Shown here in pieces: positions 27,218-40,150 of a DNA stretch of 64,000 nt. Within the stretch, counting starts at the first letter, position 1. The number at the start of each line of letters is the position of its first letter. The notes beneath the pieces are model-generated. The model saw only the letters and a program-made list of their open reading frames with translations. It ran no database searches and was not told the origin of the DNA. The position numbers and the translations under genes were made by a program. The stretch is from the human T2T-CHM13v2.0 reference genome, Homo sapiens. Location: the NCBI RefSeq assembly GCF_009914755.1, contig NC_060934.1, one strand, 5' to 3'.

Positions 27218-27562
27218 GTAGGTGACCCGGTTATCGTTCCTAAGAGAGTCCACGGCCACTTCTACTGGGTTCCCTATACTCTTCCCCTGCCCCAGCTGGT
27301 CCCCCCATGACAGCCGTGTCCCTGAGAATGGGATGCAGAGCCAGGAGGGACGTGGGCCCCTTCAGTTTGCAGGGGCTGCCAGGCAGCACCTTCCACCTGC
27401 CGAGGGCCGGAGGCGGGGAAGCCATTCCACAGCACGTGAGCTGGCAAGGGGCCTCCCAGCCTTAGAGCCCAGATGGCTTCTGGCCAGAGTGCTCTGGGCC
27501 GACCCCCCCTCATGCTCACTTCCCTGCATAAGTTTAAGTTGTTTTCTGTAATTTGCAACCAG

Positions 27563-28008
27563 AATCCTGGCTGATCCACCATGGAACCCAGATGTCCTCA
27601 GTTCTGCCTCAGCCCCCACTTGTGAGAGGTCCGTGGCATAACACAAACTCCCCCTGGGATTCGTGGGCCTCACGGGGGAAGCTGAGGGTGTGTCCATGCA
27701 GGACCCCGAGGCTACACAGCTCTGGCTGTTTCTCTTCCAAAGCCGGCACTGCCCTCTCTCCATCTCTCCCGGTGCCAGGGCTCAGGCCCCAGCCCCCGTT
27801 TCTGCAGAAGCCCCTTTCCATCCTAGCCCCTGCCACCCCTCCTGCTCTTGTCTCTCCCACACCTCCCAAACTCTCTCCTGGCCAGCTCTCGCCACACTCA
27901 GTCAATGTCCACTGGGGGCCTCAGGGGCACCTCCACCTGCCCAGGTCTGGGACCACCGTCCTCCACGCATATCTACAGACCCTGTCCTCACCTGCATCAC
28001 ACCAATGA
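27563..28008 (+). CDS. PRR26: PRR26 putative ORF, coding segment 3 (ESWLIHHGTQ...SSPASHQ*); spliced total 221 aa
   Basis: Acceptor ttttctgtaatttgcaaccag|AA; TGA ends at 28008. The joined length of 221 codons equals the recalled PRR26 length. Confidence 0.6.
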
Positions 28009-28198
28009 TGGCGTCACAGCGTGGGTTCCGGTCACCAGTCGGCCTCCCCCACCAACGTGGACTCCTTACAAGCAGAGCCACCAACGTGGACACGATCCCA
28101 TCAGGAACCACCTACTTTTGCATCCCCAGCACTGTGCTCAGGTCCCAGGGAGGCCCCAGCAAACTGTGGAACAACCAAACTCGTGACTGAATGAACAA
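27700..28198 (+). mobile_element. L2 LINE 3' relic overlapping PRR26 segment 3
   Basis: cccagcactgtgctcagg...gactgaatgaacaa resembles the L2 3' terminus; upstream pyrimidine-rich motifs resemble the L2 body; very diverged. Confidence 0.45.
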
Positions 28199-28647
28199 GT
28201 ATGTTAAGTCGTTAAGTAAAAATAGCAGAAGACTTAGTAGAATGTATGAGTAACAATTACAATTATATGAAAATCCGTATCCACGTGAAGGTATTATGCA
28301 AAAAAAGCTTAACTTTGTTTCAGTGCCTTTCCAGTTAAATGTTGTTAAGCAGTATTTCCCCCAAAAGGTGCATCTTTTATAAAACAAGAACGCAAGGCTC
28401 TGAGGCCAACTTTGAACATTTATTTGAGTGAATTCACGTCCCCCAAATTTTCCGTATCCCAAAATCTGGACTTTTGCTAAATGGTGCCCTTAGCACAGGA
28501 GTCTCTCCAAGGAAGTGGCCTGAGCTGAGAGGGGGCCTGGCATCGCCCACCCAGGTCATCAGTCATCATCAGCAGCAGCTGCGGCATGAGAGAGATGGTG
28601 TGGGGCGAAACCAATGGGGAAACTACAAAAGAAACCACCTGCTACTG

Positions 28648-28877
28648 CAAACGGCCTCGCTGTACTCAGGGAGTCGGTTCCAGGACCCCATGGACACCAA
28701 ATCCAGGCACACTCACGCCCCACAAGTGGACCTGCCGAACCTGCGTGTACAGAGTCGGCCCTCCGACACACGTTTCACATGGCAGGAACACTGTATTTTC
28801 TCCCTGAGTTTGGTTGAAAAAATTCACATATAAGTTGACCCACAAAGCTCAAGCTTGTGTGGTACAAGAGTCAACTG
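28648..28877 (+). mobile_element. MER8 (Tigger-family non-autonomous DNA transposon)
   Basis: ggttccaggacccc...agtcggccctcc...actgtattttc...tttggttgaaaaaa...ataagttgaccc...tcaactg followed by TA. Confidence 0.8.
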
Positions 28878-29937
28878 TATGCAATTGACACTGATTCCTA
28901 CCAACGATATCCAAATCTTAGCATGAGCAGCACGATAAACAGAATGAGCAAAATTCAAAAACTAAAGCAGCGTTTTTCCTGCAAGTGGGCGCACTGCGTA
29001 TCCCCTGCGGGAAAGACCACGCTGGCTGCTGACCAAACTCCACTGGCATCTTCCTCCATCCTGAGGGCATCTTCCTCGGCATCTTCCTCCATCGACAGCA
29101 GCCTGGGCTCACCTCCCAGCCCGAGGCTGAGAACTGAGTTCCAGTCCCGGGGTGGGGTGGCGGGGGGGCGCACTGTGCACCCTCCCAGCTCTCCTCCACC
29201 CCTTCCCTCAGGCTGGCCCAAGAATAGCCTGGACAATCACCTGCTGGGGACACCGGGCTGCCCCTCCTCCGCCCACAGCCTCAGGCCACCTGTCTCATCC
29301 GTGACCGAGAAACGGAGCTGCAGTGGGAGGCGGGACATGCTGGGATCTACCCATGGCCAGGCCAAGCTGCGCCAATCACTCAAGCTTCACTTTGATCACT
29401 TGCTCTACCAAATAAAACAGAACAAAATAACACCATGTCCTCCTTTCCACACACTCCCAAGCCTCCCATCCCACTTCCCGGTGCTGACCCCATGAGAACA
29501 CTTTGTGCGTCTTTCTAGGTATTTTCTATCCTCCTCAAGCACAGAACCGCACGCAGAGTGATTTTTTTTTTTTTAAACAGAAATGGCACCAGGGCAGATG
29601 ATGATTTTTTGTACCATTTCTTGACTTTCTTGGGCATTTTCCACACCAGGACAGATGGACCCTGCTCTCCTTCCTCCCCGCCCACAGCTACCTCGCAGCA
29701 GCCACACACTGAGCCATAAACCCTCGCAAGACTGTGGGCATCTCAAGGTGCCCCACGTCCCCAAAGACCAAGGGGTCACAGCTCCACATTGTCCAACAAC
29801 ACTTCAGACGCGGCCTCGAGCCTGGAAGCCCTCCTGGCCAGCCCAGACCAGCCCCAGAACAGAGGTGTGAGGGGTGACGTCTGTACTGCCTTAAAAAAAA
29901 AAAAAGCAGATATTCAATGCCACGTTTAAAATGGTCA

Positions 29938-30354
<417 letters not shown>

Positions 30355-31589
30355 TCAACCTTGATCCTGCTACAGTAATCATCCACTACAAATTAAAACA
30401 AGAGCCATAACTGTCTCCTACTAAAATATTCTAATTGAGACATACTAACAGAATACATTTCTTTGGGTGAGAAAGTCTCCACCAGGGTGGGGAACAGACG
30501 GCCCACCAATTGTGCTGTGGCCCTAACCTCCGAGGACTCAGCAATCATCCACAGCAAGGCTGGTGACTCGAACACTAAATTGCTCTTTGACATTAATTCT
30601 TAAACCTTGAGAAACCAAAGTTCTCTTTGTAACAGACTTGAGAAAGACACTCAGAAGAGACGCACCAACTCTTACCTGGGAGAGACACCCTTGCTAATCA
30701 TGTCTGGATTAATGGATGCACTAAAAGCATCTCTTCCAACTGGGACACAGACTGCAAACAGGAACACCACGAATACCTTCCCCAAATTACCCAGTCCTGA
30801 CCCATCCACCCCTCAGGAGGTCCCCAGCCAAGTCCAATAAGGAAATGACCCCACAGCAGATGCACGCACAGGCAGTGAGGGCAGTGGCGTCAGGGAATTC
30901 TGCTCCATAAACCTTGGCAGCACGCAGGGAGGTGCATTTCTCCTTATCAGACGCTGCCGGAGATTGGTAGTGACGCTTTCATTCTTCACAGCTGCTATCT
31001 GATCTCATGCTAATCAGTGTTTTTCTGACAACAAAGTCAAGGTTTCTCAGAAGAGACTGCCAGATGAAAGAATGGGACAAAAGACAGAAGCCCGTTTCTG
31101 TACCCAGCTGGACAGGTGAAGTCATTTAGGTGCAGGATGATCTGGCCATTCCAAATATGCACGGCTTTCCAATTTTGTTAAAATGAAACCCAGCCTTTGA
31201 AAAGGCCCGGACTTCCTACAATGCACAGTATTTATAGCGTGGAGGGCACTGTAGAGACGTCATCAGTGTATTCACAACAGCAAGATCCACGGAGGCTCTG
31301 CCATGTGCCAGGCATGAGACAACTGTTTACAGAAAACATCTCATTTCATCCTACACAGAGTATACAGACTGCTTCACAGAACACTACCAAAGAGGACCAT
31401 CAAATGATCCCCAGGAAGTAATGAGTGCCTTAAAAGTAAGAAAGCCAACCTCCTCCCACTCTTATCTCCCTGTCCTCATTTTCATAGAACTAAAGAAATA
31501 TGAAGGGCCAGTAACGCCCCACTGAAGAACGCTCTCCTGGTGGTTATACTCTGTAGTATGGAGCACAACACTGCCCCATGCTGCGCGAG

Positions 31590-31732
31590 GCTACTATTCT
31601 ATACTACACTACTATGATCGGTTTGTTCTATTCTATACTATTCCATTCTCTACGATACAATATTATACTGTTTCATTCTACACTATATAATACTGTACTA
31701 TCTGTTCTATTCTATACTATTTTCTTCTATAC
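31590..31732. repeat. Degenerate (CTATA/CTATT)n simple repeat
   Basis: Seen directly; continues after the LTR. Confidence 0.75.
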
Positions 31733-32146
31733 TGAAAGGAGTTAGCCAGCTTGCTTTAGGCAGACAGTAAGCGAAGGGTCCCAGACAGCCTCCAGCCCAT
31801 GTTTTGTGCAGATAGGGGAACTTGCTCAGGGGGCTTGCCTAAACATGCTCACAGTAGACTGAGGGTCCCCATACACATGGGGGAATGGGGTGGAGCCACC
31901 AGAAATTCGCTCCTTATGCAAACAGGGAGCCCAGCCCCATCAGCTTCTATGTAAAAGCCCTTGTAGTCAACTGGGAAGGGGGCAACCAGCAACCTGCTCT
32001 CAGGACCCCTCTTTTTGCTGAGACCTTTCCTTTTCGCTTAATAAATTCTACTGCACTCAGTCTTCGATGTCCATGTGTCTGTTTCTTCCTGGTTGTGAGA
32101 CAAGAACCCGGACCCAGCTGAGCTAAAGAGCAAAAATCCTGCAGCA
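31733..32146 (+). mobile_element. ERV1-class solo LTR (MER83/LTR27-like; subfamily uncertain)
   Basis: TG...CA termini, ggggtggagccacc, TATA-like tatgtaaaa, aataaa at 32040 and the gagacaagaacccggac...gagcaaaaatcctgca end typical of this LTR group. Confidence 0.8.
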
Positions 32147-32157
32147 GTGCTACAGAA

Positions 32158-32400
32158 CACTGTCCTCTCTGTTCTGTGCTATGCGACTCTACTATTCCAC
32201 ACTACGCTATGTAATAGTCACTGCCATCTCTGTTCTGTGCTATGTGACTCTACTATTCCACACTACGCTACGTAATACTCACTGTCCTCTCTGTTCTGTG
32301 CTATGCGACTCTGCTATTCCACACTATGCTATGTAATAGTCACTGTCCTCTCTGTTCTGTGCTTTGCGACTCTACTACTGCACACCATGCTATGTAATAT
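32158..32400. repeat. ~61-bp tandem repeat x4
   Basis: cactgtcctctctgttctgtgctatgcgactctactattccacac... repeated. Confidence 0.85.
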
Positions 32401-32519
32401 TAATACCATGCTGTGTGTTCTAATCTAGACTACATTATGCTATGCAATACTACGTTGTTAGTTCAACTGTATACTCTACAATACTATCCCACTTGTTCTA
32501 TTCTAGACTATGTAATACT

Positions 32520-33510
32520 ACTTGTCCTATTGTATACTATACTATATAATGTTACACTGTTTCTTCTATTCTATGCTACCCTATAGAACACTCTACTATT
32601 TGTCCCATTGTATACTATACTATATAATGTTACAGTTTCTTCTATTCTATGTTACCCTATAGAACACTCTACTATTTGTCCTATTGTATACTATACTATA
32701 TGTTACACTATTTCTTCTGTTCTACGCTACCCTATATAACGCTATACTATTTGTCCTATTGTACACTATACTATATAATGTTACACTGTTTCTTCTATGC
32801 TACCCTATAGAACACTCTATTTGTCCTATTGTATACTATATATATAATGTTACACTGTTTCATCTATTCTATGCTACCCTATAGAACACTCTATTTGTCC
32901 TATTGTACACTATACTATAAGTTACACTGTTTCTTCTATTCTATGTTACCCTATATAACGCTATACTATTTGTCCTATTGTATACTATACTATATAATGT
33001 TACACTGTTTCTTCTATTCTATGCTACCTTATATAACGCTATACTATTTGTCCTATTGTATACTATACTATATAATGTTACACTGTTTCTTCTATTCTAT
33101 GCTACCTTATATAACGCTATACTATTTGTCCTATTGTATACTATACTATATAATGTTACACTTCCTTCTATTCTATGCTACCCTATATAACGCTATACTA
33201 TTTGTCCTATTGTATACTATACTATATAATGTTACACTGTTTCTTCTATTCTATGCTACCCTATATAACGCTATACTATTTGTCCTATTGTATACTATAC
33301 TATATAATGTTACACTGTTTCTTCTATGCTACCCTATATAACGCTATACTATTTGTCCTATTGTACACTATACTATATAATGTTACACTGTTCCTTCTAT
33401 GCTACCCTATATAACGCTATACCATTTCTCCTATTGTATACTATACTATATGTTACACTGTTTCTTCTACTCTATGCTACCTTATCGAACACTCTACTAT
33501 TTGTTCTATT
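32520..33510. repeat. AT-rich ~78-bp VNTR, ~13 copies
   Basis: tgtcctattgtatactatactatataatgttacactg... at 78-bp spacing (e.g. 32971 and 33049); 26-aa periodic ORFs. Confidence 0.93.
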
Positions 33511-34194
33511 CTGCACTACTCTGTATAATTCTATCCTGTTTGTTCCATTCTATACAGTATCAGGCATCGCTTTACCATGTCCCACTACATAAGAGCAGAG
33601 CCAGTTATACTTTCATAATCTCTTTTCCAAGCTCTTACCCAGTGCGGTATTCAAATGTGATGTTTTACTATGCCACACGTAAGTGCACATTTCATGATAA
33701 TCAATGCCGTTTCCTATGGTTATAGAATTCTGTCTCTATGATTCTATCAATACGGCTTCTTTGGGCTTTTCTGTAAGTCCTTTGCAGTGTCTGATTTCCT
33801 AGTGAAAAGATGAGTGAGGTCCCGATAAGATCCTACGAAACCAGCATCCACACAGGCTCACCTGTGTGCACACTGCTGGACTCCGTGTTGAAGGAGTGAC
33901 AGGAAGACAGACGGCTGTCGGTGAATGGAAGGCAACAAGGACAGAGTAGATTCCAGAACTGAGACAGGTACCAAGGCTCTGGCACAGCTGAGGGTCGATC
34001 CCAATTCTAGCCTCTCACAGAAAGGCAGAGGTGACTTAGCACAAAGAGCATGGAACTTTGCTTTAATAAAGCAAATGCTTAACATCCACTGTGAGGAACT
34101 CAAGGAGAAATGGCAGTAGGCTCTACTAATAACTACTGCTTTAAAAAATGCAAGGGAGTGGGTACATTTTCACATGGGCCATGTGGAAAGTTGG

Positions 34195-35597
34195 CTGGAC
34201 CTGCCACTGGACCTGACACTGGACATGCTGCTGGACTTGCCACTGGACTTGACACTGGACCTGCCCCTGGACCTGCCGCTGGACCTGCCACTGGACCTGC
34301 CACTGGACCTGACGCTGGACCTGATGCTGGACCTCTCCCTGGACCTGATGCTGGACCTGCCGCTGGACTTGACCCTGGACCTGCCCCTGGACCTGCCGCT
34401 GGACCTGATGCTGGACCTGTCCCTGGACCTGCCCCTGGACCTGCCGCTGGACCTGCCACTGGACCTGTCCCTGGACCTGCCCCTGGACCTGCCCCTGGAC
34501 CTGTCCCTGGACCTGCCGCTGGACCTGCCGCTGGACCTGCCACTGGACCTGACCCTGGACCTGCCCCTGGACCTGCCCTTGGACCTGTCCCTGGACCTGT
34601 CCCTGGACCTGACGCTGGACCTGACACTGGACCTGATGCTGGACCTGTCCCTGGACCTGCCCCTGGACCTGCCGCTGGACCTGTCCCTGGACCTGACGCT
34701 GGACCTGCCGCTGGACCTGTCCCTGGACCTCACACTGGACCTGTCCCTGGACCTGCCCCTGGACCTGCCGCTGGACCTGCCGCTGGACCTGATGCTGGAC
34801 CTGATGCTGGACCTGCCCCTGGACCTGCCCCTGGACCTGTCCCTGGACCTGCCGCTGGACCTGATGCTGGACCTGACACTGGACCTGCCCCTGGACCTGC
34901 CCCTGGACCTGCCGCTGGACCTGCCACTGGACCTGCCACTGGACCTGACGCTTGACCTGATGCTGGACCTCTCCCTGGACCTGATGCTGGACCTGCCGCT
35001 GGACTTGACCCTGGACCTGCCCCTGGACCTGCCGCTGGACCTGATGCTGGACCTGTCCCTGGACCTGCCCCTGGACCTGCCGCTGGACCTGCCACTGGAC
35101 CTGTCCCTGGACCTGCCCCTGGACCTGCCCCTGGACCTGTCCCTGGACCTGCCGCTGGACCTGCCGCTGGACCTGCCACTGGACCTGACCCTGGACCTGC
35201 CCTTGGACCTGTCCCTGGACCTGTCCCTGGACCTGACGCTGGACCTGACACTGGACCTGATGCTGGACCTGTCCCTGGACCTGCCCCTGGACCTGCCGCT
35301 GGACCTGTCCCTGGACCTGACGCTGGACCTGCCGCTGGACCTGTCCCTGGACCTCACACTGGACCTGTCCCTGGACCTGCCCCTGGACCTGCCGCTGGAC
35401 CTGCCGCTGGACCTGATGCTGGACCTGATGCTGGACCTGCCCCTGGACCTGCCCCTGGACCTGTCCCTGGACCTGCCGCTGGACCTGATGCTGGACCTGA
35501 CACTGGACCTGCCCCTGGACCTGCCCCTGGACCTGCCGCTGGACCTGACACTGGACCTGACCCTGGACCTGCCGCTGGGTCTGCTACTGGACTGCTA
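34195..35597. repeat. 12-bp VNTR, ~117 copies (ctggacctgNNN)
   Basis: Seen directly; contains a ~624-636-bp higher-order duplication. Confidence 0.98.
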
Positions 35598-36099
35598 ACA
35601 AATGCTGCAGACCTTTATGGAGAGAAAAGTACAATCCATCTGAGAGCAGCTGTCCCAGCTCTGGATGAAGCCGACAGAATGAGGCAGAGATGCTGGCATC
35701 ATTCAGTGGGCAGTCAGTGACCCTCCTTTAAGTCCAGAAAAGCTCAAACTGCAAGTCTGCAACTAGAAATACCAATCATTAGCCAGACCTCCTGGCAAAT
35801 ATCACCACTGACCCACTGTAATTCTGTGTGGTGTATTATGTTTCATGTGCAGGAAATCATTCACAAAGCCTTTAACAAGGAAGTATTAACATGACTTTTA
35901 ATGCAATATAACAGCTTTGCACCCATTTAACATATATTTAACCCCAATGGTATATGTAAATATATATTTTATAGAGCATCAGGCGTGTTTACCTAATGGC
36001 TCAAACCTTTAAAATATCTCTCTCCCTGAGAGGACAGCGGAGGATCCCATGCACTCTCTCCAGGAACATGGCCCTCCCAGAGAGGACTCACAAATCAAA

Positions 36100-36760
36100 T
36101 GTGCATATGCATGCATGCACAGACACATATCTCACACACACACATGCGCACACACACATACATGCAATACACACATTCACACATGCACACACATTCACAT
36201 AATCACATTCATAATACCAACATGTAACACATACATGCACATACAACACTCAAACACACATGCATATACATACATGTTCATGCATATACATTCTGGCACA
36301 CACAAACATATGTAAATGCATACACATAACATGCACACATATACATTTATAACTATATACACAGGAGCATCCACGCATGCATACTTGCACATGTGTGCGA
36401 TGTCATGCCTAAACATGTAACACATGCACACACATACATACAACACAAATACACATGCACACATATACACATGCATGCATCTGTACAGTACCAAGACACA
36501 TACATGCACAACACATATACATGCAATACACACTTTCATACACATAAATGCAAACACACATACATATATACACCCCTCAAAGACCCCATTATTCAATTCT
36601 ATACAAAATGGTTTATCCCCCAAATGTAACTTCTTGTAATTAATAAACTCTACTTTACTGCACATTTCTTGATTTCAAATAATGAGGTCTCACACACAGC
36701 ACACATACACACATTCATACTCAAATACATGTGAACATACGAATAGAAATAGGCACACAT
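36100..36760. repeat. (CA/TACA)n low-complexity tract
   Basis: Seen directly. Confidence 0.85.
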
Positions 36761-37263
36761 GCCTGAAGACCCTCTTCTGTAAAGGTATTCTCAAACTTGA
36801 ATTGAACGAATTCTGCTAATTATAGTCAGAGTCAGCAAAGATATATATTTGACCTCGGAATGAATATACTCGTTCTTTTCGTTACCCCTGGCAACAGCAA
36901 GAATGTAAAACAGGGTTGTGTGATACGATGCCACTTATTCAATCCCACTTCCCGGGATCTGACCACTTGTAAAAGCGTTTCTGTCTGAGTGATTTCCTTC
37001 TGACTAAAATCATGAGATAATTCCTTCCCTTCCTGCTTTCTCTTTCCCAGGCCTTTTTACTACCCTTTCATCATCTCGGAAACTAAATCATAGTTGTCAA
37101 AATGGAAGGCAAAGAAACAGCCTTAGGAGAGAATCTCACAGTGGAACGGACCAGAGAGAGGAAAAAATAATCTTTTTGAAAATGTACAAAAGGAAATGTC
37201 AAGAGGCCTAGGTTCCCTCTCATGACAGAAACAGACGTCAGCAGAGCAGGTCGCTCAGCCCAG

Positions 37264-37711
37264 TTCAGCTCTGTGTATGAAACAGAGATTCTAGCCCTTG
37301 TCCCTGTTTCAAGCTCTGTGTATGAAACAGAGATTCTAGCCCTTGTCCCTGTTTCAAGCTCTGTGTATGAAACAGAGATTCTAGCCCTTGTCCCTGTTTC
37401 AAGTTCTGTGTATGAAACGGAGATTCTAGCCCTTGTCCCTGTTTCAAGCTCTGTGTATGAAACAGAGATTCTAGCCCTTGTCCCTGTTTCAAGCTCTGTG
37501 TATGAAACAGAGATCCTAGCCCTTGTCCCTGTTTCAAGTTCTGTGTATGAAACGGAGATTCTAGCCCTTGTCCCTGTTTCAAGCTCTGTGTATGAAATGG
37601 AGATTCCAGCCCTTGTCCCTGTTTCAAGCTCTGTGTATGAAACAGATTCTAGCCCTTGTCCCTGTTTCAAGCTCTGTGTATGAAACAGATTCTAGCTCTT
37701 GTCCCTGTTTC
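37264..37711. repeat. 45-bp VNTR x10 (ttcaagctctgtgtatgaaacagagattctagcccttgtccctgt)
   Basis: Seen directly; 15-aa periodic ORFs. Confidence 0.96.
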
Positions 37712-38699
37712 ATGATGTTGCAGTGAAGGAAACGAAACAGACAAAGGGCACAGACTGGAGAAAAGGATTTTAAAAGGATGACTTTTAAAATGTGCACCTG
37801 CTTTTCAAGGGCACAATGAGGACTTTTTCAAGCATATTAAAGCTGATTTATAAGAGATGGGTATAAAGACTCTACAAGGTCATTAGACTTTAGGCTTACA
37901 AAGAAAACAAATAACATTCTCCTAGCATCAAGAGTCAGGTGTTCCACAAATACTAAGAATAGCCACCGCAACGGGATCCACTATGAGGTGTCAAAACATA
38001 ACCCATGAAGCGTGGCCGAGAGCTCCTATAACCTGATTTCTAGGAATCTAATTTTAAACATCCTCACAGCTAGCACATCACAAAAATACAGAGCTCCAAA
38101 TGCCGTAACACAAGTGCTAACAACACCTAGCCAAAAATATACGAGGCATTTCAGGCAAAAATCCCAGAATCAGAAGAACACAAGTTTTGTAAGTCCTTCA
38201 AAAGCTGGTGCTGGTTGAGGCTTTTCTGCAGACTTCAACAAAAGACACACTAGAATTAGCCATTGACAGTAACCCTGAGTCAACACGCACAGTGTTGGGA
38301 AAAGCACAAGGCCTGCTCCAGGCTTGAGGCCCCTGGGATCTTTCTCTGGACCGCACCGAGTGGATGACTTTGAGAACTCAGAATAACCAACAACCAGTCC
38401 CTGAACAGAGAGAGAAGACTGCAGCCTCCCTGGGGACCTGGCTCCATGCCTGCCCCCTTTCTTCCGTGTACCTTTGCCCTTCCTGGCTCCCTCCTCCACC
38501 TGGAGACGCTCTGGGTTGAGGCCCCTCCTCAGCTGTGTCTTGGTCCACGGCTGGCTACCCGTGTGAGGCTCCAGGCCTCGAAGGACCATCTCCACCTGCT
38601 CCCTGCGCTTCTCACCAGCTTCCGCCGTGACCCCCAGGCTCTGGCTGCTCCCAGGAATCAGGGCCACCAGGCTCCCCTCGCTGCCTCCAGCTGGAGTCC

Positions 38700-39340
38700 C
38701 ACCCCCTGGTTTTCAGCAACACTTGGGACTTTGTCCTGGAAACTCTCGGCTCTGGGCTTTAGGGAACTGCACCGTGCAGCTCTTCTCTGGACTCTAAGCA
38801 GGGCCTTTTCTGGGTCTTCCGACCCTTCCTCCATTTCCAAATGTGGGCTTTCCTTTGGCCTCCTCTCTCCCGACATGCACACCTCACACTCTGGCTCCTT
38901 GACCTGCACTTCTATGTAGGAGGCTCCCAAATCCACCCTGGTCCGGATTTTCCCCAAGCCTCCTTCCATATTTCCAAACTCGCAGCTTGCGGTGGTGTCT
39001 CTAAGTATCTCCGAATCAGGTCCACACTTGCTTCTCCTCCTGATTTCCAGCAAAGCACAACGCCGACCTCAGGGTGTAGACTCACAGCTTCATCTGCCTT
39101 CCTGCACTCCCTCTTCCCCTCCTGACCCAGGCACTGAATCGCTCAGCTCACTGGCTGCCTTCTCTCCTCCTCTCGCCATGGCGAGTGCCCCGCAGGAGCC
39201 TGGCCTGTCCCCCGTGGCTCCACAGCATACCGCACATCAAAGGCACGATTCTCTCCGAAGCCCTCAGTGGCTTCCTAGTATCTGACAGGTAAGGACTTCC
39301 ACATTCTGACCCCAATCTAACTTTCTGCCCTCAGATAGGC
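38700..39340 (+). mobile_element. L2 LINE relic
   Basis: ctcccaaatc...ccatatttccaaact...tctctaagtatctc motifs resemble the L2 3' body; very diverged. Confidence 0.4.
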
Positions 39341-39689
39341 ACATGCATATTTTATCTATACACAAAGAGTACAGGCCTCACACCTGCTCTCATTCCTGGG
39401 TTCCTAGCTCCTCCTGAAGGTGCTGTATGAGGTACCTATGCACTTTCCAAACGCTAAGTGAATACGCACTTGGAGAACACTTGCTTGATAATTTTGTGGC
39501 ATTGCCAGATAACGCGGACAAAGTGAGAACTACGCAGGTGTATGGATGCTGCCTTGCCCAGACCTCACTCACCCAGACACTCCTGGATGCTCAAGGTGAC
39601 CAGCCCTATTGGCGCACAGGCAGGCACAGGCTGCACCCCCACAGCTGGGCCCCGCGAGCTGAACGCTAATCATGAAGCAGCTGTGTTTG

Positions 39690-40150
39690 CTCCTAAATCT
39701 GTTTATGCCAGTGTACTTGTTACACATTACTTAAACCAATAAAATATGACTCCAAAGAGAGAGTAATTGATTGGATAAAAACTAAGATGGATGCCTTTCA
39801 AAGACTTGATATGGGGGAATTTTTTTTTCTTTTTCATCTTTTTAAAATTGTTATCAAATTAGGTATGGGCAGAAAATATATACAATGTTTGAGGAAATAA
39901 TTTTTAAAGGTTTCAAATCTAACTTATCTTATTTCTCTTGTGTTGCCTATTCTCTTTTAGAAGAACCAAAACTGTGGCAGGCCTGCGATGGCTGTGGTTG
40001 AGGAAAGAGGCCACACCCACAGCCAGCAGAACCACACTCAGCAGCAGCCTAGCCCCACGTGGAAGAGGCGTGAACACTCTCGGGAGAGGTGGATGTACGC
40101 TAATGGTTCTCAGCTCCGACCTCTGTGATTAACAGAACATGCTGATTGGT
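39690..40150. mobile_element. Tigger-family DNA transposon relic (MER82-like)
   Basis: taaaatatgactccaaagag...aaaactaagatggatgcctttcaaagacttgat...aattaggtatgggc resembles degenerate Tigger-type sequence. Confidence 0.4.

Noticed and set aside
34110-35598. Collagen-like (GPAP), leucine-rich (LDLP) and SR-like ORFs
   Set aside because: Translations of a 12-bp repeat; period 4 is not Gly-X-Y; no evidence of a real gene.
37264-37711. CRISPR-like array (palindromic repeats at regular spacing)
   Set aside because: The intervening sequences are identical rather than unique spacers, no cas genes are present, and the context is human.
38658-39053. 131-aa Glu-rich ORF on the - strand resembling a real exon
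   Set aside because: Overlaps an L2-like relic, has no convincing splice sites and does not resemble DIP2C.
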